Shown: positions 10,481-21,206 of the stretch, piece after piece
Numbering within the stretch: the first letter of the stretch is position 1
How the letters are laid out: every line of letters starts with the position of its first letter
Origin: an uncultured Solirubrobacterales bacterium
GTDB lineage: Bacteria > Actinomycetota > Thermoleophilia > Solirubrobacterales > Solirubrobacteraceae
DNA length: 64,000 nt
NCBI GenBank assembly: GCA_963789675.1
Contig: CAWBLR010000021.1
Location: forward strand, 19,585-83,584
Reading direction: 5' to 3'
Position numbers and translations under genes: made by a program
Notes under the pieces: model-generated
The model's input: only the letters and a program-made list of their open reading frames with translations
Databases searched by the model: none
What the model was told of the DNA's origin: nothing

Positions 10481-10665
10481 CGCCACCGCCCCCCTTGCGC
10501 ATCATTGTCGATCCGCCTACCCCGCGCAACCCGGCGTAAACCTTTGTCCGTGATCGCTCGCCAAATTTCAACATTTGCAGTAGCGTTCCGTTGGTAATCA
10601 GGACGGTCCGGCAGTCGATCCGGGTCCAATCCGAGGCGAAGGGGCAGGTCAAGAGGGAAGGCGAG

Positions 10666-11685
10666 ATGGCGCGATCGCCAAAAGGTCTGTTGGGGCGTCG
10701 AGAACAGCGTGAAGTCTCGACGCGATTGCCGGCGCAGTTCGCTGCGCCTCCCCAGGGCTACCTCGGACTGCTGGTGCAGACGACACACCGTGGGCTCCTG
10801 GATTCGTTGCTCGATCGCGGTCCAATTTCGCGCCGCGAATTGAAGGACTGCCTCCCTTACGTCTCGCTCTCCACCTTCGAACGCGCGCTGCGTCGTTTGG
10901 TGCTGGCGGGGCTCGTCGTGAGCCGGCCGCTGGGCCGCGACCGGCGAGAAAGGCTCTACGAGCTGACGCCGGTCGCCGCGGAGCTGCTGCAGATCGAGCG
11001 CGAGGTCGAGGCCGTCGAAGCGTGGGCGCCGGCGGAGTTGCGCGGTCCGCAGGCGCCATCGCTGATGTTCGTGCTCGCCGACGAATACGCGCGCATGATC
11101 CCGCGCGAGCTGATCGATGGGCCATTGCCCTACACCGAGCTCTGCGCGCGGCTGCCCGAGCTCTCAGAAAGCACGTTCGCGGAGCACCTCGCCCTGCTGG
11201 TCCAGTCTGGGATCGTGCGCGTCCGGCCTGGATCGCGACCAGATGAGCACACCTATGAGCTGACAGCGCTGTCGCCGGCGCTCACACGTGCTGCGGCGCT
11301 CGCCGCACGCCTTCGCTTGCGCATGACGCCCAACGACGCGCCGTGGTTGATCGGCGACCTTCCCAGCTTCCTGAAGGCACTCGAGCATGCGCCCGCGCTG
11401 CACGCGCCGCGCGACGCCCGTGGTGCGGTGCTGCTGCACGTCATCCACAGCGAGGGCACGCGGGGCTGGCCCGACGTGGAGATCGCGCTTGAGCACGGGC
11501 GCATCTCACAGCGCAGGCCAGGCACCGGCCAGCCGCGCGCCACCGCACGCGCGCTACCCCTGGCCTGGTTCAACGCGATCCTCGACGAAGACCTCACCGG
11601 GATCGAGATCGAGGGGGACGAGCAGCTTGTGCGCACGCTGCTCGCCGTGATCACCAGAGTCGTCAACAGCTGCCCACGCGCCTGA
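10666..11685 (+). CDS. Double HxlR-type wHTH regulator with C-terminal SCP2-like domain
   Basis: Two wHTH units each ending YELT; tail ...IEIEGDEQLVRTLL resembles SCP2. Confidence 0.75.
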   Translation: MARSPKGLLGRREQREVSTRLPAQFAAPPQGYLGLLVQTTHRGLLDSLLDRGPISRRELKDCLPYVSLSTFERALRRLVLAGLVVSRPLGRDRRERLYELTPVAAELLQIEREVEAVEAWAPAELRGPQAPSLMFVLADEYARMIPRELIDGPLPYTELCARLPELSESTFAEHLALLVQSGIVRVRPGSRPDEHTYELTALSPALTRAAALAARLRLRMTPNDAPWLIGDLPSFLKALEHAPALHAPRDARGAVLLHVIHSEGTRGWPDVEIALEHGRISQRRPGTGQPRATARALPLAWFNAILDEDLTGIEIEGDEQLVRTLLAVITRVVNSCPRA

Positions 11686-11720
11686 ACAAGCGCTCGCCGC
11701 GCCAGTCGACGCGAGCCGCT

Positions 11721-11954
11721 TCAGTCTTCGCCGCTCCGCCCGTAGAGGCCGTGAAGCAGCACCTGCGGCGAAATCTCCAGCCCGTCGATCAGACGGATCA
11801 ACGTGCCGAGTCTGATCTCGCGCGTGCCGCGCTCGATCCTCGAGATCTGCACGACCGCGAGATTCGTGCGGTCGGCCAGGTCCTCCTGTGTCCAGCCACG
11901 TTCGGCGCGGGCGGCGCGCACGTTCGCGCCCAGCATCTGGGGTAGGCCGACCAT
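11721..11954 (-). CDS. XRE-family HTH regulator
   Basis: LGANVRAARAERGWTQEDLA...ISRIERG. Confidence 0.88.
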   Translation of the reverse strand: MVGLPQMLGANVRAARAERGWTQEDLADRTNLAVVQISRIERGTREIRLGTLIRLIDGLEISPQVLLHGLYGRSGED

Positions 11955-12208
11955 GACCGGCGATCCTTACGACACAAAGCCAACTAGGCCATGACCAAAG
12001 CGGTAACATCCTCTCAGATCGCTTCTTTACGCGCCCACGCGGGTTACAGAAGCATTCCTAGTTGCGAAGGCATGCGATAGTTTCGGGGGCAGAGGGATGA
12101 AAGGTCCGGCCTGGATGAGATGAGAGGAGTGGTTCGCATGGCCGGATCCCGCACGGGCCACTCCGGTGGGCCGGTCACCGAGCGCGCATTCGCCTGCCGC
12201 CGGGGTCC

Positions 12209-12487
12209 TCAGCCGTCGCGTTTGAGCGGCTGGTTGGTGGGCCGGCGATCCTCGATCTCGAGCTCGTCCGCGTGGGCTGCCAGGTCGGCGAAGGACCAGC
12301 CCAGCGCGCGGGCGATGGAGTCCACCACGCGCACTGACGGGTTGGCTGTGCCGGCTTCGATCTGGCGCAGGTGCCGGTCGGTGATCCCGGCTGCGTCGGC
12401 GAGCGTGTCCTGCTTGAGCTCCTGCTCGTGGCGTCTCAGACTGATCGCGCGGCCGATCGCCGCGTGTGGTGTTGGGCTTCGCGGCAC
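12209..12487 (-). CDS. XRE-family HTH regulator
   Basis: IGRAISLRR...QDTLADAAGITDRHLRQIEAGTANPS. Confidence 0.85.
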   Translation of the reverse strand: MPRSPTPHAAIGRAISLRRHEQELKQDTLADAAGITDRHLRQIEAGTANPSVRVVDSIARALGWSFADLAAHADELEIEDRRPTNQPLKRDG

Positions 12488-12738
12488 GCGCGAAGCCTCG
12501 ATGCAACGGCCGCTAAAGAGAAGGAACTATATTTCCGCTAGGCTGATTGGGGCCGGCTTGCTGGCTGTGCGGATGGTGGGCGCCCCGAGGAGTGGATGAT
12601 GGGTTTCGAGAACGAGTCAGCGTTTGAGACCGAGTTCGATGTCGCGCAGCCCGAACACCGTTTCAAAGGCGGTCTGTCGGGAGGCGAACGCGCCCGTCAA
12701 GCGCCTCCCATCACGCCCTACAGCACGAGGACGAGACC

Positions 12739-14145
12739 GTGGCCGCCTCGCTGACCGACCTGCCAAGGCCCGCTGAGCTGGAGCCTCCGTACCAGCCGCT
12801 TGGACACGCACGGCACGCGGCCAACTGGCTGACCGAGGAGCAGGTCGCGGCCGACCAGCGCCGCCGCCTCTACGGCGCGATGATCGAGCTCGTCGCAAAG
12901 CGCGGCTACGCGGCTGTCAGCACCGACGAGCTCGCGCGCCTCGCGCGAACATCCAAGCGCGATATGTACAAGCGGTTCGGCAGCAGAGAGAGCTACTTCC
13001 TCGCGACTTACGACATGATCGTCGCGCGCGCCATCGACCGGGTCGGTGCCGCCTACGCCAGCGAGGAGAACTGGAAGCAACAGCTGTGCCGTGCATTCGA
13101 GGCGCTTGTCGCCGAGGTCGTCGAGCAGCCCAAGGCCGCACGGCTGGCACTCTCGGAGATACTCTGCGCCGGGCCGGCCGGCATCGCGCGGATCGAGGGC
13201 ACTAGAAGCTTGTTCGAGGCGATAGTCGGCGCGAGCTTCGCCGAGTCCCCCGACGCGCCGGCTCTGCCACCGATCATCGTCAAGGGCATCGTCCGCGGCG
13301 TCGAGCGCGTCATCCGCCAACGCCTGTTGAGTGGACGCGAGCACGAGCTGCCAGCGCTCTCCGGCGAGCTGCTGGGCTGGGCATTGTCCTACCACTCGCC
13401 CGCCGTCACCCGGCTCGACGAGGCGGCGCGGGCGGCGCAAGCGACGCGCGGCGTCGTGCGGCTGAAGACGACCGACGAGCGCCGCCGTGTGCTGCGCATC
13501 GCGGCGCAGATCGCGGCCACCCGCGGCTACCGGCAACTGGTCCCCGCGTACATTGCCAGCTACGCAGACATTCCCGCCGACAGAGTGCAAGAGCTCTGCG
13601 GCGACGATCCCGGGACATGCTTCCTCGACGCGTACGAGCTGATCAGCACCGAAGCGCTGGTCTATGTCGGACAGGCCGCACTCCGAGCCCGCGATCCGCT
13701 TACAGCTGTGCATTTCGCTATGACCGCACTCGTAGATCGCTGCCAGCGCGACCAGCCGATGCGCCAGCTCGCGTTCGTAGAGGTCTTCCGGTTCGGCCCA
13801 CGCGCGATTGAGCTTCGCGAGGCGCTCCTCGCCACATTCACACAGGCGATGGTCAGCGCCTTGCCGGCAGACCAACGGCCCACGCCGCTCGAAGCCGAGG
13901 CCACCGTAGGCGCAATATGGGGCATCCTCGACCACCACATCACCCACGCGCAGACCGGCCAGCTGTCCGGCCTAGCCGATTACATCTCCTATCTCGCGCT
14001 CTCGCCTGTCGTCGGTGGCGAAAGCGCCATCGAAACAATCCGGCGCGCACGGCAGACCACCTCAGCAGACGACACGTCTCCGGCAGACCCCCGCTCTGAC
14101 GACACTCCCCACGACCCCGCTAGCGAGCCGCCGATGGCCGCCTGA
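12739..14145 (+). CDS. Tandem TetR/AcrR regulator (second HTH degenerate)
   Basis: QRRRLYGAMIELVAKRGYAAVSTDELARLARTSKRDMYKRF; second repeat ERRRVLRIAAQIAATRGY. Confidence 0.85.
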   Translation: MAASLTDLPRPAELEPPYQPLGHARHAANWLTEEQVAADQRRRLYGAMIELVAKRGYAAVSTDELARLARTSKRDMYKRFGSRESYFLATYDMIVARAIDRVGAAYASEENWKQQLCRAFEALVAEVVEQPKAARLALSEILCAGPAGIARIEGTRSLFEAIVGASFAESPDAPALPPIIVKGIVRGVERVIRQRLLSGREHELPALSGELLGWALSYHSPAVTRLDEAARAAQATRGVVRLKTTDERRRVLRIAAQIAATRGYRQLVPAYIASYADIPADRVQELCGDDPGTCFLDAYELISTEALVYVGQAALRARDPLTAVHFAMTALVDRCQRDQPMRQLAFVEVFRFGPRAIELREALLATFTQAMVSALPADQRPTPLEAEATVGAIWGILDHHITHAQTGQLSGLADYISYLALSPVVGGESAIETIRRARQTTSADDTSPADPRSDDTPHDPASEPPMAA

Positions 14146-14230
14146 TCGCAAGACAGCATCTCCGCTCCCGTCCTCCGAGGACTGGTCCTTCCAGCGCCCG
14201 AAAACATGCGAACCCAGGACAACCGACGGA

Positions 14231-14410
14231 AATACTGGTCAACTTCGCGGAGTAGATCTGGGACCACCACGGGCGCAACGCATCGTCTGCCTTGCCGCAA
14301 ACGCCCGACAAAACATGCCATCCTGTCGGCCAAAACGGGCAATTCGCCCGCTTACCGGCCCGAAAGCAGACGAACGTCCGAGAAAATACCCGTCAATTCG
14401 GCGGAGTAGA
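14231..14410. promoter_or_regulatory. Two imperfect 26-bp direct repeats 154 bp apart (candidate operator)
   Basis: aatactggtcaacttcgcggagtaga (14231) vs aatacccgtcaattcggcggagtaga (14385). Confidence 0.5.
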
Positions 14411-14799
14411 CCCCCACCGGGACAACGCCACGGGCCGCAAGCCTCGTGTATAGAGAAGGGCGAACTGCTCGCAACGGCGAGCACGACAGAAGGCCCGTAG
14501 CGATCGACGAGGAGGAGCAACCAGGGATCCAAACCACACCATTTCCCGGCAGACCCGCCCCGCCGTGTGATGCGGCGGACCAGCGAGCCCCCGAGGCCCC
14601 CACGCAGCCGACGTCGCCGAGGTAGCAATGGCGCCGGCCACGACCGGGGGCCACAACCGGCCTTCCTCGTGTCAGAGCATGGGAGAGGAAGAACGCGGAA
14701 CGACTCCGGAGCGCCCGCCTACAAGATGAGCGCCCCAGAGCCTACTTCAACCAACGGTCCCGGCCCAGTGGGTCGGGGCCATTCGAGAAAGAGAATAGC

Positions 14800-15408
14800 A
14801 TGTCCAAGAAGATCCTCATGAGCCTCGCCCCGCTGTTCGCGGTCGCGGCCTTTGCGATTCTGCCAGCGACGTCGCAGGCCGCATATCACTGGTACGTAGG
14901 CGGTACAAGGTTGCCGTTCACCAGCGCAAAGACGGAAGTCAGCTCATATGGCAAGCTGACGCTTGAAGTTCCGGCGGCGGCGCTGACGGTAAAATGTAAC
15001 GTTCTCAACGAAGGCAACATCTGGAACACGGTACTCGCGGAAGTCGGGAAAGACGAAATCACAAACTTCCTCAATAATAAATGCACGTCGACACCGGCAT
15101 GCACAGGGGTACTCACCGTCACGGCTGAAGGCTTGCCATGGCCCACAGAACTAAGTGCGGCAGCCCCAGCCAAGGATAAAATCACGGGAATCAAAGTCAA
15201 AGTGGTGTGTACAGCTCCCGCACTCAGCGAAACCTTTAGTGGGTCGCTGGAACCCGCGTACGTCAACGGCACTCCGAGTTACGCCGAATTCAAAGGGGCC
15301 GAATCCGGCCATCTTACAGGGCCAACCCTCGGAGAAGCCACGGTCAAAGGCAAAGTCTTTATTGCGGTCACTGAAACGGCGGCGAACGTCACCGTGGCGA
15401 ACCCGTAA
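14800..15408 (+). CDS. Small secreted beta-rich protein with 4 Cys
   Basis: Signal peptide MSKKILMSLAPLFAVAAFAILPATSQA; Thr/Val-rich; lower GC than the flanks. Confidence 0.88.
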   Translation: MSKKILMSLAPLFAVAAFAILPATSQAAYHWYVGGTRLPFTSAKTEVSSYGKLTLEVPAAALTVKCNVLNEGNIWNTVLAEVGKDEITNFLNNKCTSTPACTGVLTVTAEGLPWPTELSAAAPAKDKITGIKVKVVCTAPALSETFSGSLEPAYVNGTPSYAEFKGAESGHLTGPTLGEATVKGKVFIAVTETAANVTVANP

Positions 15409-15481
15409 AGAATAGGGATAGGAAAGGAGAAGCCCCATCGAGGTAGTGGGGGGCCTACGACGTCACAAGTAATCGTGGCCC

Positions 15482-15519
15482 CCCAACTGCCACCCATCCA
15501 CCCAACTGCCACCCGTCCA
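15482..15519. repeat. Tandem 19-bp direct repeat after a GC hairpin
   Basis: cccaactgccacccatcca cccaactgccacccgtcca. Confidence 0.8.
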
Positions 15520-15687
15520 TTGCGCTTCAGGCGACTAATTCTTAAGCCGTAACACCGCTTGCAGCACAACGTAAGCGCCCCTGTCCCCAAGTCGAGACGA
15601 GCAAAACTTGGGCCGCGCGGACGGAAAGAACGCTCGGTCAAGAAGTTGACCGACGGCAGCTAAACACGACGATAGAAGCGTTAATCT

Positions 15688-16310
15688 ATGTTGCGTAAAA
15701 AGATCCTCATATGCGCTGTTCCGCTGCTCGTGGCGATTAGCTCCGCCGCGTTGCCAGCTGTATGCCAGGCGTCGTATCACTGGTACGTAAACGCTGTTAA
15801 ACTACCCTATAATAGTGTCAAAACAGAACTCAGCACATACGGCAAGGTCACACTAGAAATCCCGCACGCCATGGCGCCCACGCCAAGCACTGTCACATGC
15901 AACGTCATCGGTGAAGGGTTGATTTGGAACGTAGAAGCAGCGAAACCAGGCTTCGACGAACTCACGACGCTTTCGACCAACAAATGAACAAATGTATGTC
16001 GACACCGGCATGCACAGGGGTACTCACGGTCACGGCTGAAGGTCTACCATGGGGATCAGAACTGACCGCTGCGGCACCGGCAAAGGATAAACTAAGCGGA
16101 CTCAAAGTCAGAGTAGCGTGCACGGCACCAGCCTTTAATGAACTGTTCACAGGTACGCTCGAACCGACGATAGGCAACGGTACTCCAAGCTGCGCGGAAT
16201 TCAAGGGGGAAGAATCGGGCCATCTCGCTGGGCCGGTGAATGCAGAAGCTTACATCAAAGGGAAGCGACCGTCGGAAACCCATAGGGGTCGGTCCGCGCC
16301 GAGACCATGA
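15688..16310 (+). pseudogene. Paralogue of 14800..15408 frameshifted by an 8-nt duplication; C-terminus diverges
   Basis: aacaaatg duplicated at 15979-15994; removing one copy gives TNKCMSTPACTGVLTVTAEGLPW, matching NNKCTSTPACTGVLTVTAEGLPW. Confidence 0.85.
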
Positions 16311-16729
16311 CAATGCACGACGCCTATCGCGTTGGCATCGTGAGCGCCCCCTGTTCCACCACCGACGATACCTCTCTAGAGCGAAACAGACGCTTTGCAG
16401 TCTCCAGAACTCTCGCTCCAGCAACGGCCCTTACCCTGACGCACGCGTTCGCGCGCAGCTACGGAGCGCATGGGGGGAGTCGCCGCTGGATGCGGCGCTC
16501 CCGACCTTCCTCGCCCAGGGCCCGCTCCCGCCTCGCCTTCGCGGGCGCGCCCGCGAAGGCGAGCGTTCGCAGGCGCCCGAGCGCACGTATCTGGGTACTA
16601 GCGGTTGCTGGCGGGGAGGAGAGCCGATTAAATAGCTGTTGCCCGGGCGGTTTGGACGATGGCGGGCCGGCACCGGACCCGGGACGGGGTCCGTGAAGGG
16701 ATAATGTCAAGGATAGGAGCGAGGGAGCG

Positions 16730-19700
16730 ATGGGTCACAGAGCCGCGGCGCCAGGCAGAGCCATGCCGAGATCACCCGGTGCTGGTGACGCCATCTTGCG
16801 GCTGATCCCTCGCCTTCGTAGCGGCCTCGCCCGCATAGTCAACTTCGCACCGCTGGTAGCTGCTCGACGCTGCGGAGCAGAATCACGCGCCCCGGATGGT
16901 CGTGCTCGCGGAAGCCGCTCGACACCAGGTAGCGGTCTACGCAACCTTTGGAGTGGAGTGGTGGAGAGCCTTGAGGTTGGCCTGGAGGGACCAAGCCGAC
17001 CGTTGTCCGCCGCGCTTCGCCTCGGGGTCACTGTACCCCTAACCCTAATATGTGCGTGCTTCACCCTCGCTTCTCCCGCCCCCGCTCTGGCGGCTCCGTC
17101 CTGGGGCATCGAAATGACGCACGCCAACGCGTACGGAGCCCAAGGTGGCGTTGACCCATACACCGGCAGCGGAACGACGTTCAGCCGGGAAAGCGGTTTC
17201 AACGCTTACACGATCAAAGTCAAGAACACTTCCAGTGGCGGACTCAGGGCCGGCACGGCCCTAAAATGCGAACCGGGCAGCTGGGAAGAAGGTCCAACGT
17301 TCAGCTACCACTGGCTTCGCAACGGCACGCTCATTCTCGGTGCAGATCAGGACGAATACACGGTCACCACCGAAGACGAAGGCAATGCCCTCCAGTGCCA
17401 AGTCACCGCAACCAACGCGAGCGGTGCCGCGAACGGGTTGACGAAGGCGACAGTTGTGGAACCTCCACCGTCGACCGAAGCATCCACATCAACCGTGCTT
17501 CCGACCGTAACCCACGAATCCGCCACCGTGCCAGTGGGCGAAGAACTTACCTGCGAACCTGGGTCATGGACCGGCAGCCCAACCTTCACCTACCAGTGGC
17601 TCCGAAACGGAGTCGCGATCCCCGATGCCACCAGTTCCAAATACACAATCACCGAAGAAGACACGGCCACCGCCCTGCAGTGTCAGGTGACCGCCACCAA
17701 CGCAGGCGGCGCCGTAGCCGCCGACAACACTTACTTCATCTATGTTGGAGAAGCAGAACCCGCACCCTATCCGCCATACAATATTGGCGAACCCACGATC
17801 CCCAGCAGCTCCGAAATCACGGGCCCTGTGACTGTCGCCGACCAGCTCCCGGAAGGTCTCGTGCTGGCAGGCAGCCATCCTGCAGTGCAGGTCTCGGGCA
17901 GCGGCTGGACTTGCGCGATCGCCAACGGCGCGGGCGAATTTACCTGTCGACGAACGTACCCTGAAGAAGCGCTCGCTCCTGGCGGCGAATATACCCCGAT
18001 CGTCCTTCATGTCCGCGTCAACGCGGCGGCGGCAAGTGAGGTGACGAACGTCGCGGCGGTGAGCGGCGGCGGGGCTCCGACGGCGACGGCGAGTGATCCT
18101 ACGACGATCACGCCCGCGCTGCCGTTCGGGATTCAGAGCTTCACCACGAGCGTCACGGAATCGCTTGGCAACCCGTTCACGCAGGCGGCGGGACATCCGG
18201 TGGCAGCAAACGCGACGTTCGTATTCAACTACACAGTGAGCGAAGCTGGCGATCTAGAAACCGCCGGCGGAACGCCAAAGGATATCGAAACAGAACTTCC
18301 ACCTGGGTTTATCGGCGACCCGCAGAACGCGACCCAGTGTACCGTCGCCGAGTATGTATCGAACACCTGTCCGCCAAGTGCAGTGGTGGGTTTCGTCGAC
18401 GCGCAGATCAACCCGGGCAACGAAGGCTCGATTGAAGCTGGGGCGCCGCATCCGTTCGCCAACGGGGACGTCACGACATATTTCGTCTACAACCTTGTGC
18501 CTCAACCCGGCATCCCAGCGCAGTTCAGCTTCGAAATCGGCACACGCGTACACCCCGGACCGACCGTTGCGCTTGACGCCAAGCTGCGCAGCAATGGTAA
18601 CTACGGCGTCACGATAGGCGATGAAGAAGCCGCTGGCAAGACTGGAGGTCATGGTCTTCAAGCGCTCAGCTTGACCCTCTGTAGCTATGGAGTCACGGGC
18701 GAACAGGGGCAGGAAAAGGCGAGTGGCGAACCATCGTCCGCGGCGTGTGCGCCGCCGGACGCGGGCACGAAGCCCTTCTTGACCAACCCGGCGCAGTGCG
18801 CCGGGCAGGCACCCGCCACAACGCTGGTGGCCAACACTTACCAGAATCCTGTCGATTATGTGTCGAAGACTGTGTCTACGGGCACACATCTGGTTGAAGG
18901 TGCTCCGAGCGCGACCGAATCGTTCGTGACTGGCTGTGACCTGCTGCAGTTCAACCCGGAAGTGGAATTCAAAGCGACGCCCGCTTCTGAAGGTGGCACG
19001 TCTCAGGCGGACGAGCCCACCGGCATGTCCTTTGGCCTGAAGGTCCCGCAGACCAACGAAGCTGGCGTGGATGCGACGCCGGAGCTCAAGAACGCGACGG
19101 TGACGTTGCCGGAAGGCATGACGGTCGACCCCTCCGCCGCGGACGGCCTGCAGGCATGCAGCAATGCCCAGTTCGGCCTGGGGTCGACGGTGGAACCCGC
19201 CGACCCGGCCTCCTGCCCCCTGGCCTCGCAGATCGGGACGGTGAATGTCACCACACCTCTACTTGAAAAGCCCCTTGAAGGCCAGGTGTTCCTCGGCGAA
19301 CCGGAATGCTCGCCCTGCACCAACGCAGACGCTGAAGATGGGCATATCTTCAGGCTGTTTCTGCAGGTGCGTTCGGTTGAACGTGGCGTGCTCGTCAAGC
19401 TCGTGGGCCACGTGTCTGCGAACTCGACCACGGGCCGGCTTCGAGCGACGTTCTCAGAACAGCCCCAGCTTCCCTTCAGCGAATTGCTGCTGACGTTCAC
19501 TGGCGGTGCCAGGGCGTCGCTGGCCAACCCGCAGACCTGCGGCACGTTCACCACGAGCACCGACCTGACGCCCTGGAGCACATCAGGTCTCGGCGGGCTG
19601 TCGGGCACAGAAGCGATCGCGGGCACCCCGGATGCGACCCCGTCGTCGTCGTTCAACACCGATTGGAACGGTGCGGGTGGCGCCTGCCCCGCGAGCCTGC

Positions 19701-21193
19701 CGTTCAGCCCGTCCTTCAGCGCCGGCAGCCAGGCCCCGACGGCCGGGGCCTCGAGCCCGTTCTCGGTGACGTTCGGTCGTGAAGATCGCGAACAGGACAT
19801 CTCCGGGATCACCGTGAGCACACCACCCGGTCTGCTGGGCAAGATCGCTGGCATCCCCCAGTGCCCAGAAGGGCAGGCCAACGCCGGGACGTGTGGAGCT
19901 GAAAGCCTGATCGGCACTACGACGGTCGGTGCGGGACCGGGGTCGCACCCGTTCTACCTCGGTGGCAGGGTCTACCTGACCGGCCCGTACAAGGGCCAGC
20001 CGTTCGGCCTCTCGATCGTCGTGCCGGCGATCGCCGGCCCGTTCAACCTTGGGACGGTTGTGGTCAGGGCCTCGATCGCGGTCAACCCGACCACGGCGGC
20101 GTTGACGATCACAAGCGACCCGCTGCCGCAGTACGTCGACGGCGTCCAGCTGCGGCTGCGCAAGATCAACGTCGAAGTCAACCGTCCAGGGTTCATGCTC
20201 AACCCGACGAGCTGCGCGCAGCAGGCCGTGGGCGCGACGCTCACCGCCGCGCAGGGTGCGAGCTTGACGCTCTGAGCCCGTTTGAGGTCGGAGGCTGCCA
20301 GAGCCTGCCGTTCGCCCCGGGCCTCTCCGCGTCCACGCGGGGCAAGGCCAGCAAAGCCGACGGTGCGAGCCTAACCGTGGCTGTCAAGTTCGACCGCCGG
20401 CCAGGCGAACATCGCCAAAGTCGACCTGGCGCTGCCGGAGCAGCTGCCCTCGCGGCTGACGACGCTGCAGAAAGCGTGCAGCGAAGCGCAGTTCGCGGTG
20501 AATCCCGCGGGCTGCCCGGAAGGCTCGAACATCGGCACGGCGACCGCCGTCACCCCGATCCTGAACGCGCCGCTGACGGGCCCCGCCTACCTCGTCTCCC
20601 ACGGCGGCGCGGCGTTCCCCGACGTTGAGTTCGTGTTGCAGGGCGAAGGGATCACGATCGACCTCGACGGCCAGACGGACATCAAAGACGGGATCACGTA
20701 CTCGAAGTTCGAAACGGTACCCGACGCGCCGATCAGCTCGTTCGAAACGAGCCTGCCCGAGGGGCCGCACTCGATCCTCGGAACCGACCTCCCCGCGAGC
20801 GCGAGCTACAGCCTGTGCGGACAGTCGCTGACGATGGGAACGATCATCACAGGCCAGAACGGCACGCAGATCAAGCAGACGACAAAGATCGCCGTCGCCG
20901 GCTGTTCATCATCAGCGACGGGCAAGCCGACGGTGAAGATCACGAAGACCAAGCTACAGGGAAACACCCTACTCGTGACGGTCAAGACCTCGGCCAAGGG
21001 CCGGGTGCGGATCTCCGGCACGGGCCTGAAGACCACCGTTCAGAAGAACGTCAAGGCCGGAACCCATCGCTTCAAGGTCACGCTGACCAAGGCTGGCAGA
21101 ACAGCAAGGAGCCATCGCAAGAGAATCAGGCTGCGAGTGGGTCTGACGGTGGGCAAGCAGGCAGTGGCCAAGACGACCAGCGTGAAGCTCTAA
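16730..21193 (+). CDS. ~1480-aa secreted protein (2 Ig-like repeats, DUF11-like, large Cys-containing beta region, basic tail), interrupted by a -1/+1 frameshift pair
   Basis: Signal ..LASPAPALA (true start may be 16958-17003); ORFs 16730..20275 and 20498..21193 are in the same frame; the shifted frame between them reads [30 protein letters not shown]. Confidence 0.8.
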
Positions 21194-21206
21194 GGAGATG
21201 AGCAAG

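Noticed and set aside
16307-16696. ORFs between the small paralogue and the giant secreted gene
   Set aside because: No recognisable motif or RBS; probably a remnant
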